Source: Cyanophora paradoxa CCMP329
Taxonomy: Eukaryota > Plantae > Glaucophyta
Direction of reading: 5' to 3'
DNA length: 64,000 bases
Assembly (NCBI GenBank): GCA_004431415.1
Contig: QPMI01000015.1
Span: forward strand, 1 to 64,000
Shown here piece by piece: positions 1-10,668 of this stretch. The notes beneath the pieces are model-generated. The model saw only the letters and a list, made by a program, of their open reading frames with translations. It had not been told where the DNA came from and searched no databases. Within the stretch, counting starts at the first letter, position 1, and each line of letters begins with the position of its first letter. The position numbers were made by a program, and so were the translations under genes.

Positions 1-1352
1 CCACTCTTCAAAGACTTCGCTGAAAGAAGCCCTAACAACCCCAGAAGAGGCGAAAGCCTTTTTCCTGGATAACTCCCTTATGCTTGGTCTCGAATCCAAA
101 TCTAAGCCAGTTCTAGTTGTTGTGAATCCCAGCAATACTTTTGAGAATAATGTTGAAATCGCATTTCCTTCAAGCTACCTCGCTACAATTTCTGTGGAAA
201 ACTCGAACTTGCTTTCGACCTTCCAGCCATCACGTTTGCTGGTGATACTGACCTAGTTCGCAATGGATACACTCGCCCAGTTGGTGCTTTAGTTCAGCGA
301 CTTGAAATTACCTATGGATCTTACACCTACCATATTCCATCTGATTTCCTTGCTCATTTCCCCTGGTCTATTATTCGGAGGATCAACTAGCTAAAAAGAA
401 GCGATCAATGGGCATGGTTCATGGCATCCCTGCTCATGGAACCAACCGCCTTGGTGGCTCATTCTTTGTTGAAATCCCTGTGCCTTGGCTAAATCACTAC
501 CTTCCCCTTGGTGCTTTATCTGGTGAAATGGTTGTTACTGTTGGTTTAAGGATGCTGGAAAGGGTTATGTTGAAACTTCCTATGGTGGTCGCTCTCTCCC
601 TGTTGTTGGTGGGACAGTTGCTGATAAGACAGAAGATGATGGTCTTGGTGATACTGCTAATGCCACACTTGCCCATGTTGGTCAAAATATCACAACTTTC
701 AGTCTTGGTGCAACAACTCCTGTTATTTCTATTACTTCTCCTCGCCTTTACATGCATGCTATTAATGTTTCTGATGAGCTTTTCGCTACTGTCATTGAAA
801 AGGTTAAGACACTGGCATGGCTATTCCCTCCCTTGATATTGGATTTGTAGATGCTAGTGCTTTCCCTGCAAGGGCAATGCCCAACCCAATCGAATTAACC
901 TCTCTCAAATCTCAGGTCTTGTATATGCTCTGCTTGTTTCAGTTCGTGATCATGAAACTGTTGACAAATCCAATGGCTCCCACAGTGTTCTTAAGACCTA
1001 TGCCAACTCCAAAGACATCACATTCACAACTGAAATAAATGGTCAGCGACTTTTTGCCACTGAGCCAATTTCCCTACTCAAAGGTGCTGAGCTAATTGCT
1101 GATGCCTTCAAATGCTCTAACATGGATAAGGTTGCTGATCGCTATGTCCTCTCAGGACTCCCATTCTGTCTTGATGGAGAAAAGGCAATTCGAAATATTG
1201 CCCAGTCTGGTTATGTTGATTTAACAAATTCCTCTTCTTCCTTCCTCACCCTCTACATGCCCTCAGATAAGGTAATCGATGTTAATGTTCGCGCTCTCAT
1301 GCATTCGTTTATAATTTTGGACAAGGATGGTTTAAGGCGTATAAATTTGTAG
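1..1352 (+). CDS. Double-jelly-roll major capsid protein; frameshifted, start probably just upstream of the window
   Basis: Joining frames gives FKLPRYNFCGKLELAFDLP..YTRPVGALVQRLEITYGS, FFVEIPVPWLNHYLPLGALSGEMVVTV, FTTEINGQRLF and QSGYVDLTN..DVNVRALMHSFIILDKDG. These resemble PLV/NCLDV MCP motifs (LPLxAL, SGxxD/N). The gene lies directly upstream of a packaging ATPase. Confidence 0.75.
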
Positions 1353-1417
1353 ATTGTTACGATATTCAGTCACCATGCATTATTTTTATCTGTATTTATT
1401 TAGAAAGATATACAACA

Positions 1418-2146
1418 ATGAATGATTTGGATGAATTTGTGGCTGGTGAAATGATAGAACCACCATTTCGAGTCCTAGCAATTGGGAAATCAGCAACTGG
1501 TAAATCAGAAGCTGTAAAATATTGGTTGAAGCAGTTGCATGATGCCAAAAGATTGATGTTGTATTAGTTGTGAGTGGAACCAGCTTCAATCATTCTGGGA
1601 TAAAGTTGCAACATTGCAACTGGGAAAATGGGATGCCCTTACATTGCTAAATTGCTAGATGAAAGGCAAGAGAAAATAGAAAAAGGTGAACCTGTTAACC
1701 AGTTATGTGTGGTTCTAGATGATTTAATCGATAATGAGATTGTAGACCTAACTCGTGATAAAATTATTGGCTCTCTGTATTCCAGAGGTCGCCATTCGAA
1801 AATATCCATTATCTGCATCACACAAAAGCTAAGGAAAGTCTCTTCGACTATTCGAGTTAATTCGGACTATGCTATGTTTTTAAGTGCTGCAAATCGCAAA
1901 GAACTGGAAGCCATAGAGGAAGAATACAATATAATGCGAAATAAAGAGGATTTTTACAAGATGTTTGAAGAGTATGTTCACTCCTATCAGTATATTATTT
2001 GGTCCTCTGCAAACTACTCAGTTAAATACTATGTAGATAAAGCTGAGCTTGTGAAAGATTTCCCATTTCCTCGCTTCCACAGAAAGCCAAAAAAGAAAGA
2101 AGATGAACTGAAACCTCCAGAGAAAGAGGAAGCCCTAAAGAAGTGA
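1418..2146 (+). CDS. A32/FtsK-like DNA packaging ATPase (frameshifted)
   Basis: ATG at 1418 reads MNDLDEFVAGEMIEPPFRVLAIGKSATGKS (Walker A). ORF 1628-2146 carries CVVLDD (Walker B) and the A32 motif SRGRHSKISIICITQ..IRVNSDY. Confidence 0.92.
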
Positions 2147-2224
2147 AAAGCCAAGTCCATAGCAATAAATTGATGCGATATAAACGCGGTTTATAAAATT
2201 ATCTCTCATTCTAATAAAGATACA

Positions 2225-2665
2225 ATGCCTCCCAAACGAAAGATAGGGATCCCAGCTGGGGCTGTTGGCTATTCAGGTGGTGGAAACAATGGATCCATTA
2301 ATACTGAACCAATGAAATTCAATGGTATGAATGAGGTGAAGCCCTCACAGCAAGAAGAGGACCCTCTTAATGCTGCCTATGAGGAATCAGTCGATGATAA
2401 AGCCCCACAGGCTTCAACCAGTGATCAACTCAACATCTCACCAGAAGCTTCGAAAATGAGGGCTGTTGCTGAGGGTGCCAGGCGAATTATTGGTGCTGCT
2501 GATGATAAAGGTTTAGGCTTGCAAGATCTATCACTGGCTCGCAAAGGTGAAGGTCTTAGTAAGGAATCAGACAAGGTAATCCAGTCCATGGCTGGTGAAG
2601 TCACATATAAGACTGCTCCCACTCAAAATATTCATCGAATTCCAAGGCTCAATGGGATGAGATGA
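2225..2665 (+). CDS. Hypothetical viral protein (146 aa, N-terminal MPPKRK)
   Basis: Intact ORF with an AT-rich upstream leader, co-oriented with the viral genes. Confidence 0.6.
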   Translation: MPPKRKIGIPAGAVGYSGGGNNGSINTEPMKFNGMNEVKPSQQEEDPLNAAYEESVDDKAPQASTSDQLNISPEASKMRAVAEGARRIIGAADDKGLGLQDLSLARKGEGLSKESDKVIQSMAGEVTYKTAPTQNIHRIPRLNGMR

Positions 2666-2922
2666 CTGCTAAACTCAAAGATCTGGAAGCCAAATCCAGT
2701 GCTTTGGAGCAGTATGTTACTGAGAAGAAAGAGAGAGCCAAGCTAAAGGAGATGCTTCGAAAGGAAGTTTATAAAATGGGCATTACTGGTGTCCCAGATA
2801 AACAGTTTATTGCTAAGAAAGAGAACCAAATCGATGAGCAAGCAGTAGATGAAATGAAAACAAAGACCCAAAAGGGAACCATTGAACCTGGTGCCACTAA
2901 AGCTGAAGTAGAAAAGGAGTAG
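2662..2922 (+). CDS. Hypothetical charged/coiled-coil viral protein (86 aa)
   Basis: ORF overlaps the previous stop (ATGA) and is K/E rich. It could be a frameshifted continuation of 2225-2665. Confidence 0.5.
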   Translation: MTAKLKDLEAKSSALEQYVTEKKERAKLKEMLRKEVYKMGITGVPDKQFIAKKENQIDEQAVDEMKTKTQKGTIEPGATKAEVEKE

Positions 2923-2979
2923 CTCCCACAGTATATAAAAGACGAGTTTGGCTTTAATTTTCTCTGTTTTATTAGAGAC

Positions 2980-3252
2980 ATGGATATAATACGAAAGTTT
3001 ATTGAGATGCTCAGTCTGCATGTGGTAAGCAATTGCCACAGTGGATGCTGTGACACAACAATAGAGTTTGAGATGTCAGATACTGAGGATAATGTATCTG
3101 AGGCAAGAGAGAGAAGGAGATCAACAGTTTCTGTGGAGTCAATGCCAGCAGACCCCACAGAGTATACATATGAGCAACAGGAGTATCCAAGGAGAAGTTC
3201 TCTGCCAGCAGAAAACGTTTTCTCTGGGAATATAAATGGAGGACACTATTAG
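2980..3252 (+). CDS. Hypothetical small viral protein with a CHSGCC motif
   Basis: Intact 90-aa ORF with an AT-rich leader. Confidence 0.5.
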   Translation: MDIIRKFIEMLSLHVVSNCHSGCCDTTIEFEMSDTEDNVSEARERRRSTVSVESMPADPTEYTYEQQEYPRRSSLPAENVFSGNINGGHY

Positions 3253-3481
3253 TTTAATCGAGTTTACCAGTGATGAACCTGTTACTGAGGGTTCTATTAG
3301 ACACATACTAGCAATGCAGAAACGATATAGAGAGGACCCAGAATATAGAGAGTATAAAAAGCAGCAAGCCCTGGCATCCTATTATCGCAGAAAAGCCCAA
3401 AAAGAGGAGCAGAGACCCAGAGGGAGACCGATTAAATATTATTTGCCTACTGATAGTAGCAATGGACCCCCAGGTCTATAA
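3236..3481 (+). CDS. Small basic protein with a C-terminal AT-hook-like motif
   Basis: QKRYREDPEYREYKKQQALASYYRRK..RPRGRPIKY; paralogous to 3634-3960. Confidence 0.65.
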   Translation: MEDTISLIEFTSDEPVTEGSIRHILAMQKRYREDPEYREYKKQQALASYYRRKAQKEEQRPRGRPIKYYLPTDSSNGPPGL

Positions 3482-3633
3482 GATAATTGAGAAAAAGCGG
3501 TCTCAGTATGCCACTGAGGCAGCTATAAAAGTTTACAGACAGGAACTGGTGTTCGCAACAAAAAATGACTTAAGGAAAAAGTAGATAGATTGTATTGAGG
3601 AAAAATTATTTTCGTATCTACTATTAAAGAGAA

Positions 3634-3960
3634 ATGCCGAATATCCGCAAGATACTCACAGATGATGAAAAAGCAGAGAAGCTGAGACTGAAAAGGGAGC
3701 AAGATGCCCAAAGAAAACGCGAAGCCTATCATAAAAAGAAGCAGGAACGATTATCCCAAGGAGCCGCTACAGTTCACACACCAGAAGAACTCAAAAAGAT
3801 TGCCCTCAGACACCAGAGGAAATACAGGGAAAATGAAGAATATCGCGAGCAAAAAAAGGCAAAAGCGCTGGAATATTACCACAAGAAGAAAGATGAACAG
3901 CCCAAGAAACCCAAAGAGCATAAACCGGTTGGAAGACCTCGGAAATATATCGAAGAATAA
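3634..3960 (+). CDS. Small basic protein with a C-terminal AT-hook-like motif
   Basis: QRKYRENEEYREQKKAKALEYYHKKK..KPVGRPRKY; paralogous to 3236-3481. Confidence 0.7.
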   Translation: MPNIRKILTDDEKAEKLRLKREQDAQRKREAYHKKKQERLSQGAATVHTPEELKKIALRHQRKYRENEEYREQKKAKALEYYHKKKDEQPKKPKEHKPVGRPRKYIEE

Positions 3961-4177
3961 ATTCTCGATCGAAACAAATTTTGTAGAAATCGATTTGATC
4001 GGAGGCAAAAAAATGACAGCTTTCTTCCCTCTTTTTTAAAACTGTACCTATATATCGAGACAGTATCCCGACCCAAAACTACTTAAGGACTTGGCAAATA
4101 ATAGGATATATATAAAAGACAATTCCTCCTTCCGAAATTATTTTCTTCGTTAAAGGTAGAAGTCCCCAAAATCGAAA

Positions 4178-6770
4178 ATGAACAAAATCGAGAAATTCGC
4201 CACCCCTGTTGAAAATGCTACATTCCTTAGTACTCTCATTGGTGATCGCAACAAGGTCACCCATGTATTTGATTCTGCCGAAGATGCCCTTGAAGCCATT
4301 GATAATAGCAAGGTTAAGACCTGGGCTGAATGCATTCAACCTGAGCAAGTGACCAGAGTTTACCTGGACCTGGATAAATTCGCTGATTTGAAGGAGAACA
4401 TTGCTGATAACTATGCTGAGGCGGAAACTGTTGTAAGAGAGATGAGAGATAAGCTATGGAAGCGATCTGGTACCACTTCTATTAACGATATTGCTGTTGC
4501 AGTTCGCCATAGAAGGGTTTATTTGATTAAGGAGGATGTCACCAAGTTCAAGATTTCAGCCCACTTTATTATTAAATCGCTTGCATGCAAACATGAAGAT
4601 ATCCCCAAGCTTTTCAAAGCGATGGGATTGGTGAAAAATGAGGATTATGACAGTGGAGTTTACAGCTCCACACAGAACCTAATCTGCCTCAATTGCTGCA
4701 AAGGTGAGACTCTGGATGCTCAAAATAAGTCGAAAAAAGATGTTGATAAAAACGTTTGCTTTAAGAAATTCGTTGACTGTGACAAAGTGTTAATGCGAAA
4801 TGAGGACTTCTTTGTATCTTACTTCTCAGCTACTACTAAACTTGTGGATGAATCAAATATTTCTGCATTTGCAAATTATACTCCTGAGCCAAAACCAGTT
4901 AAAAAGGAGCCAAAAAGTGATAAAGTGAAGACTGAGAAGGTAGAAGCTGAAAAAGACACTGAACCCGAAAATCCTGTTACTTTCGAACTGCTACAAAGTG
5001 TTATAATGGGTCTGAATGGTGAGAGAGCTAATGAGTATAAAACTTGGATTGATGTAGGACTGGTCATCATCAATGTTGGGGAAGACAACAAATTTACCCC
5101 TAAAATGCAGGCTGAACTCTTCCACCAATTCTCAGAACAGAGTGACAAGTATGATTATGATGAATGCCAGGAGAAGTTTACACAGCTTCGCAGAAGCAAG
5201 AAGAAGGCTGAGCCTGGCAAAGTGTTGACCTTCAAATCCTTGGTTTATTGGTTGAGCAAAGATAACAATGAGCTTTTCAAGGAACTCTTCCCCAAAAAGT
5301 ATGCATTCCTACCAGAGGACACAGATGAAATCGATTACAAGACTGCAAGTATCCCTCCTTTGGCTGAACATTACAATGTGCATAAGAGGTATTTCAATGC
5401 TCGAATGCATCATGTTGAAAATGTTGGTTGTGTGATGCTCTGGGATGAACAACTACTTTGCTGGATGCCCAAAGATATTGGGAAGCTCTCTACAAAGCAT
5501 TTCCCCCATTTGATGCATAAGGTGATTGTCAATGAGGGAACAGATAATGAGAAAGAGAAATGGGAGCAATCATTTAGGAAATGGATTGTGGATCCCACAG
5601 CCACAAGATCAACTTACATGGATTTCCTTCCCCCTCCTGCTACTCTCAGTGCAAAATGCAAGTCTGTATTTAATCTCTATCCAGGAATGAAGGTCGACCA
5701 TCAGCAATTCGAAAATGCTCCAGAGGATGTAACTGCTGAGATGATTAAGCCTTTCCTTGATCACTTGTTCTTAATGTCTGGTGAGGATCAAAATACCTAT
5801 GAATATCTGTTGAAATGGTTTGCCCACATGCTGCAAAAGCCTGGGGAACTCAATGGAGTATCCTTAATCTTCATTGGTGAACAGGGAACTGGTAAGAATG
5901 TGTTGGTTGATACTTTCCAAAAGAAGATACTTGGAGATGCCCTGAGTTATGCAACTGGTAAGCCAAAAGAGGATCTGTTTGGTCGATTTGCCCATAACAG
6001 AGAGGATAAGATCCTGATTGTTGTCAATGAAGCCTCAGGCAAGGACACATTCGAAAATAATGATATGCTCAAAGATCTCATAACTTCTGATAAGATTGTA
6101 ATTGAACACAAAGGGATAGATTCATACACAAAAAGCAACTTTGCCAGGATTATATTCACCAGCAATAACAACATTCCAGTAAAAATTGAAGCTGGAGATA
6201 GGCGATTTGTGGTTGTTGAAGTTAGTAAGAAATTCGCAAAGGATAGGTCATACTTCCTTCCACTTGTAAAATGGCTAAATGATCACTGCAATATTCGAAA
6301 CATTGCCCACTATTTGAGAACCAAAGTTGACTGTGAGGATGTGAACTGGATTGCTGATAGACCCCTTACAAATAAATACTATTTAGCCCAGCAGGTATGC
6401 GCCCAATCATTCTTATGTTCACTAAGTGGCTTGTGGATCGAGGCTTAATTTCCGAGAATAAATGCAAGTCTGGTAGCCTTGTGGAAACCTGGAAATGGTT
6501 CCAGGAGTTTATTACCAGCAACAAATATAAAAACGATTATAATAGTCGCAGATATTATACAGAAATGCGAAGTGTTACATATATCCAAGTGAAAACTACA
6601 AATGGCAAACAATACTATCATTTCTTGTTCCACAAGTATTTGAGGAATTCAGAAAGATGAAGCTTGTAGATGATGAGACCATTGAGGAAGAAGCTAATCC
6701 AAGGATGAAACAAGAACTACCTGCTGCTGATCCTGATGCATCAGATTATGACTCTGATGTTGAAGTTTAG
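4178..6770 (+). CDS. AEP primase / PriCT-2 / SF3 (D5-like) helicase; C-terminus continues through frameshifts
   Basis: AEP motifs VYLDLD, ISAH and DSGVY; PriCT-like YKTWIDVG..FSEQSDKY; Walker A GEQGTGKN; Walker B VVNE; motif C IIFTSNN; DRRF. ORF 6397-6660 and an acidic tail ending TAG at 6770 appear to complete the protein. Confidence 0.92.
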
Positions 6771-6780
6771 GTTTACTCAA

Positions 6781-6961
6781 AAGTGGACTCACAGTTGACT
6801 CAAATTTATCATAAAAGACCCAAACAGTCTTTTATTTATGGTTTATTTATCGATTAGGTTGACTAAGTGGGGGAGTTGACTCATTTTTTCACAGATTCTA
6901 AAAGAGGACTCTGCCCTAAAAAGAAATAAAAAGTGCCTCAACTCCACCCACTAAGTCAACC
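6781..6961. promoter_or_regulatory. Putative origin/iteron module (internal copy)
   Basis: AAGTGGACTCA..GTTGACTCA box, then the inverted pair GGTTGACTAAGTGGGGGAGTTGA / TCAACTCCACCCACTAAGTCAACC; collinear with 13233-13420. Confidence 0.55.
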
Positions 6962-7012
6962 AAAAAATGATTTAAGAGATAGAAAAATATATTTATATGT
7001 AACTAGTAAGAA

Positions 7013-7363
7013 ATGGCTGGAACAGATCATGATTCTGGATCGATCTATATGATTGAGAGTCAGGAAATGAACAAAGTCTACATAGGAAGAACCTCACAGC
7101 CACTTCAAAAAAGATGGAGACAACACAAATCAGGTCAAATGCCATCTACAGCAGACCTATGCAAGGCTTCTGATGTGAAGTTCTCAGTCCTGTATTCAAG
7201 TAAGAAGGGTGGGCATGAAGACCTAATGAACAGAGAAGCATATTACATGTATCTCTTTGAACCTTGGATAGTCAATTTACAAAAACCGAAATCCCGATTT
7301 AGGATTAATAGGTTTTTGCGATTCCATTCAGAGGAAGCCAGTGGATCCATTAAAACATTTTAA
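7013..7363 (+). CDS. GIY-YIG endonuclease
   Basis: GSIYMIE..KVYIGRT..LQKRWRQH..REAYY..VN matches the GIY-YIG catalytic pattern. Confidence 0.88.
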   Translation: MAGTDHDSGSIYMIESQEMNKVYIGRTSQPLQKRWRQHKSGQMPSTADLCKASDVKFSVLYSSKKGGHEDLMNREAYYMYLFEPWIVNLQKPKSRFRINRFLRFHSEEASGSIKTF

Positions 7364-7423
7364 ATTGCGTTTAGAACATCCTAAAATAAAATATCCCCTT
7401 AGAATAGGAACAAGTTAGGAATA

Positions 7424-10400
7424 ATGCCCCGAATTACCAACAAACTCATAAGGGAGAAGAAATGGGAACTCATGGGATTGCTGGGAACACTTTATGCAGC
7501 CCATGAAATTACAGAGGCTGAATATGACCGGGAAATAGATTTAATTGCAAAGGGCAGACCCACTTTAAGCAGATTAACCAGAAAAGCAAATAACCTATAT
7601 GATAAAATTGAAACCTTGGATGAATTGGATAGGCTTAGGCAAATAGAACCAGATGCAGAAGATGGAACAGCCATGAATGAATTATATCGCTGGCTCACTT
7701 ACAGAGCCAGAAGGGAAGTTGTTGTAGATGTGATTGAATTCCTGGATAGAATTGCTACATCCCTTCCAAATCGATTAAAGCAGGGTTTAGATCAATTCAG
7801 GGCAATCAAGGTTCGCTTGTCTTTTATCTGCAAGTTCGTTAAAGTGAGCAATCCACAGGTTTGGATATCGAAATACATTTACAGTGATTACTTTGTATTA
7901 ACCAGGTCGAGAAATATTCGAACTGAGCTGAATAAAGCAGCCCAAATGTGTCAGGAGCAGATGAATGTGGTTGATAGCTATCGCTTAGAAAGAATTGAAA
8001 TACTCAGAGTGGCTATTATGAGTTATGCTCCAACTGGTGGATGCTTTCTACAAACCCCAGAGTGGATTGCTAGGAAGAGAGCCACAGTAAATATTCGAAA
8101 TATTGATGATTCCTGCTTCGAAAATGCAATTTTGGCATATATTCACAGAAAAGCGATAAACTCCCATAAGAGGAATGAGCTTTCACAATATCGCAAATGG
8201 AAATACTCAGCAATCGCTTATAATCCGCTGGCTCTCAATTTCGATAACATCCCATTCCCTGTTGCCTGTGATGCTGATATTATTGATAAATTCGAGGCTC
8301 AAAATGCAGGCATTAGCATTAATATATTTGGAATCGATGGAGAGGTTATTTATCCCTGCATCAATCAAGTAACCCAGGCAGAAAGCATAAGGTTAATCTC
8401 ATGCTGATATTTGATGATGAAGGGAATGGTCACTATATTACAATCATGTCCCTTTCAAGGCTATTGAAAGTAAACCATGAAACATACAATGATCAGAAGT
8501 TACACTACTGTGACACATGCTTATCTCGATTCAGGTCTGAGGCTAAACTCACTGCTCATGTGGACTCAAACAGATGCATTGATTGGAGACTCTCAAAGGG
8601 AATCACACCAAAACCTGAGACCACCATAGAGTTTGGACTGAAAAACCTCAGGAAAACTGTTTGGCTTCCTGTTGTGGTTTACTGCAAGATTGAACATAGA
8701 AGCATCCCCATAGATGCATCGAAATCCAAGAGGGAAGTCTCAGCAGTCAACATTAGAATAGTCACTGGGGCAGATGTTCAAGATTTTCGATTTGAGGGTC
8801 AGGATCCAATGGAGGTCTGTTTGAATGCTTGGAATCCAAAGCAAGAGAGCTAATTGACTTCCTGTTTACCAATATTCCCATGAATGAACTCACAGATGAG
8901 CAAAAGGCTGTTTACAGGGCTACTAAACACTGTTACCTTTGCAGTGAGAGGTTCACTAAAGAAAACTTCAAATGCAGGGATCATGATCACCACACAGGTC
9001 ATTATATTGCTCCTGCATGCAGAAACTGCAATCTCCATAGGAGAATCTCAAAGCAAACCAAAGTTGCAGTTGTTGTTGACCAAATGGATGACTGTGGGAC
9101 ATTCATTTTCAGAAAAATAGCAGGCATGGGTGATAAAAAGCGAATCGAAATCCTTTCGAAAAACTTTGATCAATACCTGTCATTGCAATGGGGTCTTTAC
9201 AAGTTCATTGATGCAAGCAATTTCATGGATTTTGGAGCTGCTGATGTAGATGAGTTAATGAACAAATTCCAGGCTTTTAGAAGGCTTTCACACTCAGTAT
9301 ATGGATTGGACCCAGTTCATTATGTATCTGCACCTGGGTTATCTTGGGATGCTATGCTTAGGACCACCAAGGCAAAAATAGAGCTTATAAGTGATGTAGA
9401 GCAATACGAATTTGTTGAGAGGGAATCAGGGTGGCTTTGCAACAATGCCTTGTAGGTATGCTGAGGCTGATGGTGAAAACTCCCACATTATGCTGTTTGA
9501 TGCTAACAACTTGTATGGCTACTGTTTGAGTCAGCCAATCCCAGTTGGTGATTTTAGATGGGAGACCGAATTCAACCCACAAGATAACAGATCCAGTTTC
9601 CTGGAAGTTGATCTGGATTACCCAATTAGGCTATATCTAGACCACAGTGATTTCCCCCTAATTATTAACAAGAAAATAGTAGAATATGCAGAATTATCAC
9701 AATATCAAAAGAGCCTATTAGATCTCTCAGGAGAAGAGCTTGATAAAACCCCAAAGCTAACTGCAACCTTTGGTTCTGTGACCAACTATGTGATTTCTGA
9801 GCCTCTCCTACAGTATCTGTTGGACAAAGGGGTGATATTAAAGAAAATTCACAGGGTCCTATCATTTACTGTGGCTCCTGTAATGAAATCTTATATTGAG
9901 CTGAACACTGAGATGAGAAGGAAAGCAGTGAATAAATTCGAGGCTGATTTCTATAAACTGATGAATAATTCAATCTATGGGAAATGCATTGAATCATGTA
10001 GAGGTAGATCTGTGGTAAAGATTGCTAATACTGAGAAGCTATTTATGAAATATGCAGCTTCCCCATTGGTGAAATCAACAAGTCCCATAAACGAAAAAGC
10101 AGTTGCTTTTGAGTTTTACACAAAGCATGTGAAACTAGATAAGCCTGTTGCAATTGGGGCTTATGTTTTGGATGCAGCCAAACTGCATAATTACCAGTTC
10201 TTCTATGATACTGTAAGGTCCCAATGGACAAAAGCAAAGTTACTATTCCATGATACTGACTCCTTCTGTCTATATATTGAATCTAAGACCTTACAAAAAG
10301 ATATAGAGAATATATCCTATGCATTAGACCTTGGAGGTGATTCCAGAATGACCCCAGGTAAATACAAAAATGAGATGCCAGGTTCTGCTATATTGGAGTA

Positions 10401-10665
10401 TGTGGGTCTCAGAGCCAAAGTTTACAGTTTCAGAACTGCTGAGATTGAGAGGAGTAAGCTCTCTGGGACTTCAACTGAGGAACTCCAATTTAATGATTTT
10501 AAGGAGTGTTTATTTGCAGGTATCAGCAAGACTGTGACTGCAAAGCAGAAGAGAAGGGCAGATCACACAATAATAGATACTGTGAGTAGAAGGGTTGCCC
10601 TAAACTGCTTTGATGCAAAGAGATACATCTTACCAGATGGTATTAATTCTGTTCCTTTTAATTAA
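7424..10665 (+). CDS. Polinton-type protein-primed family B DNA polymerase, split over four frames
   Basis: N-terminal VNIRNIDDSCF..FPV..KFE..ISINIF..GHY; C2H2 finger CDTC..H; EndoVII-like CYLC..RDHDHHTG..CRNCN; YGLDPVHYVSAPGLSWDAML; motif A FDANNLYG; motif B YKLMNNSIYGK; motif C FHDTDS; C-terminal DAKRYI. Confidence 0.95.
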
Positions 10666-10668
10666 GAG

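Noticed and set aside
3502-3518. Small hairpin CTCAGT-N5-ACTGAG after an ORF as a giant-virus-style terminator
   Set aside because: The stem is only 6 bp and comparable hairpins are not evident after the other genes.
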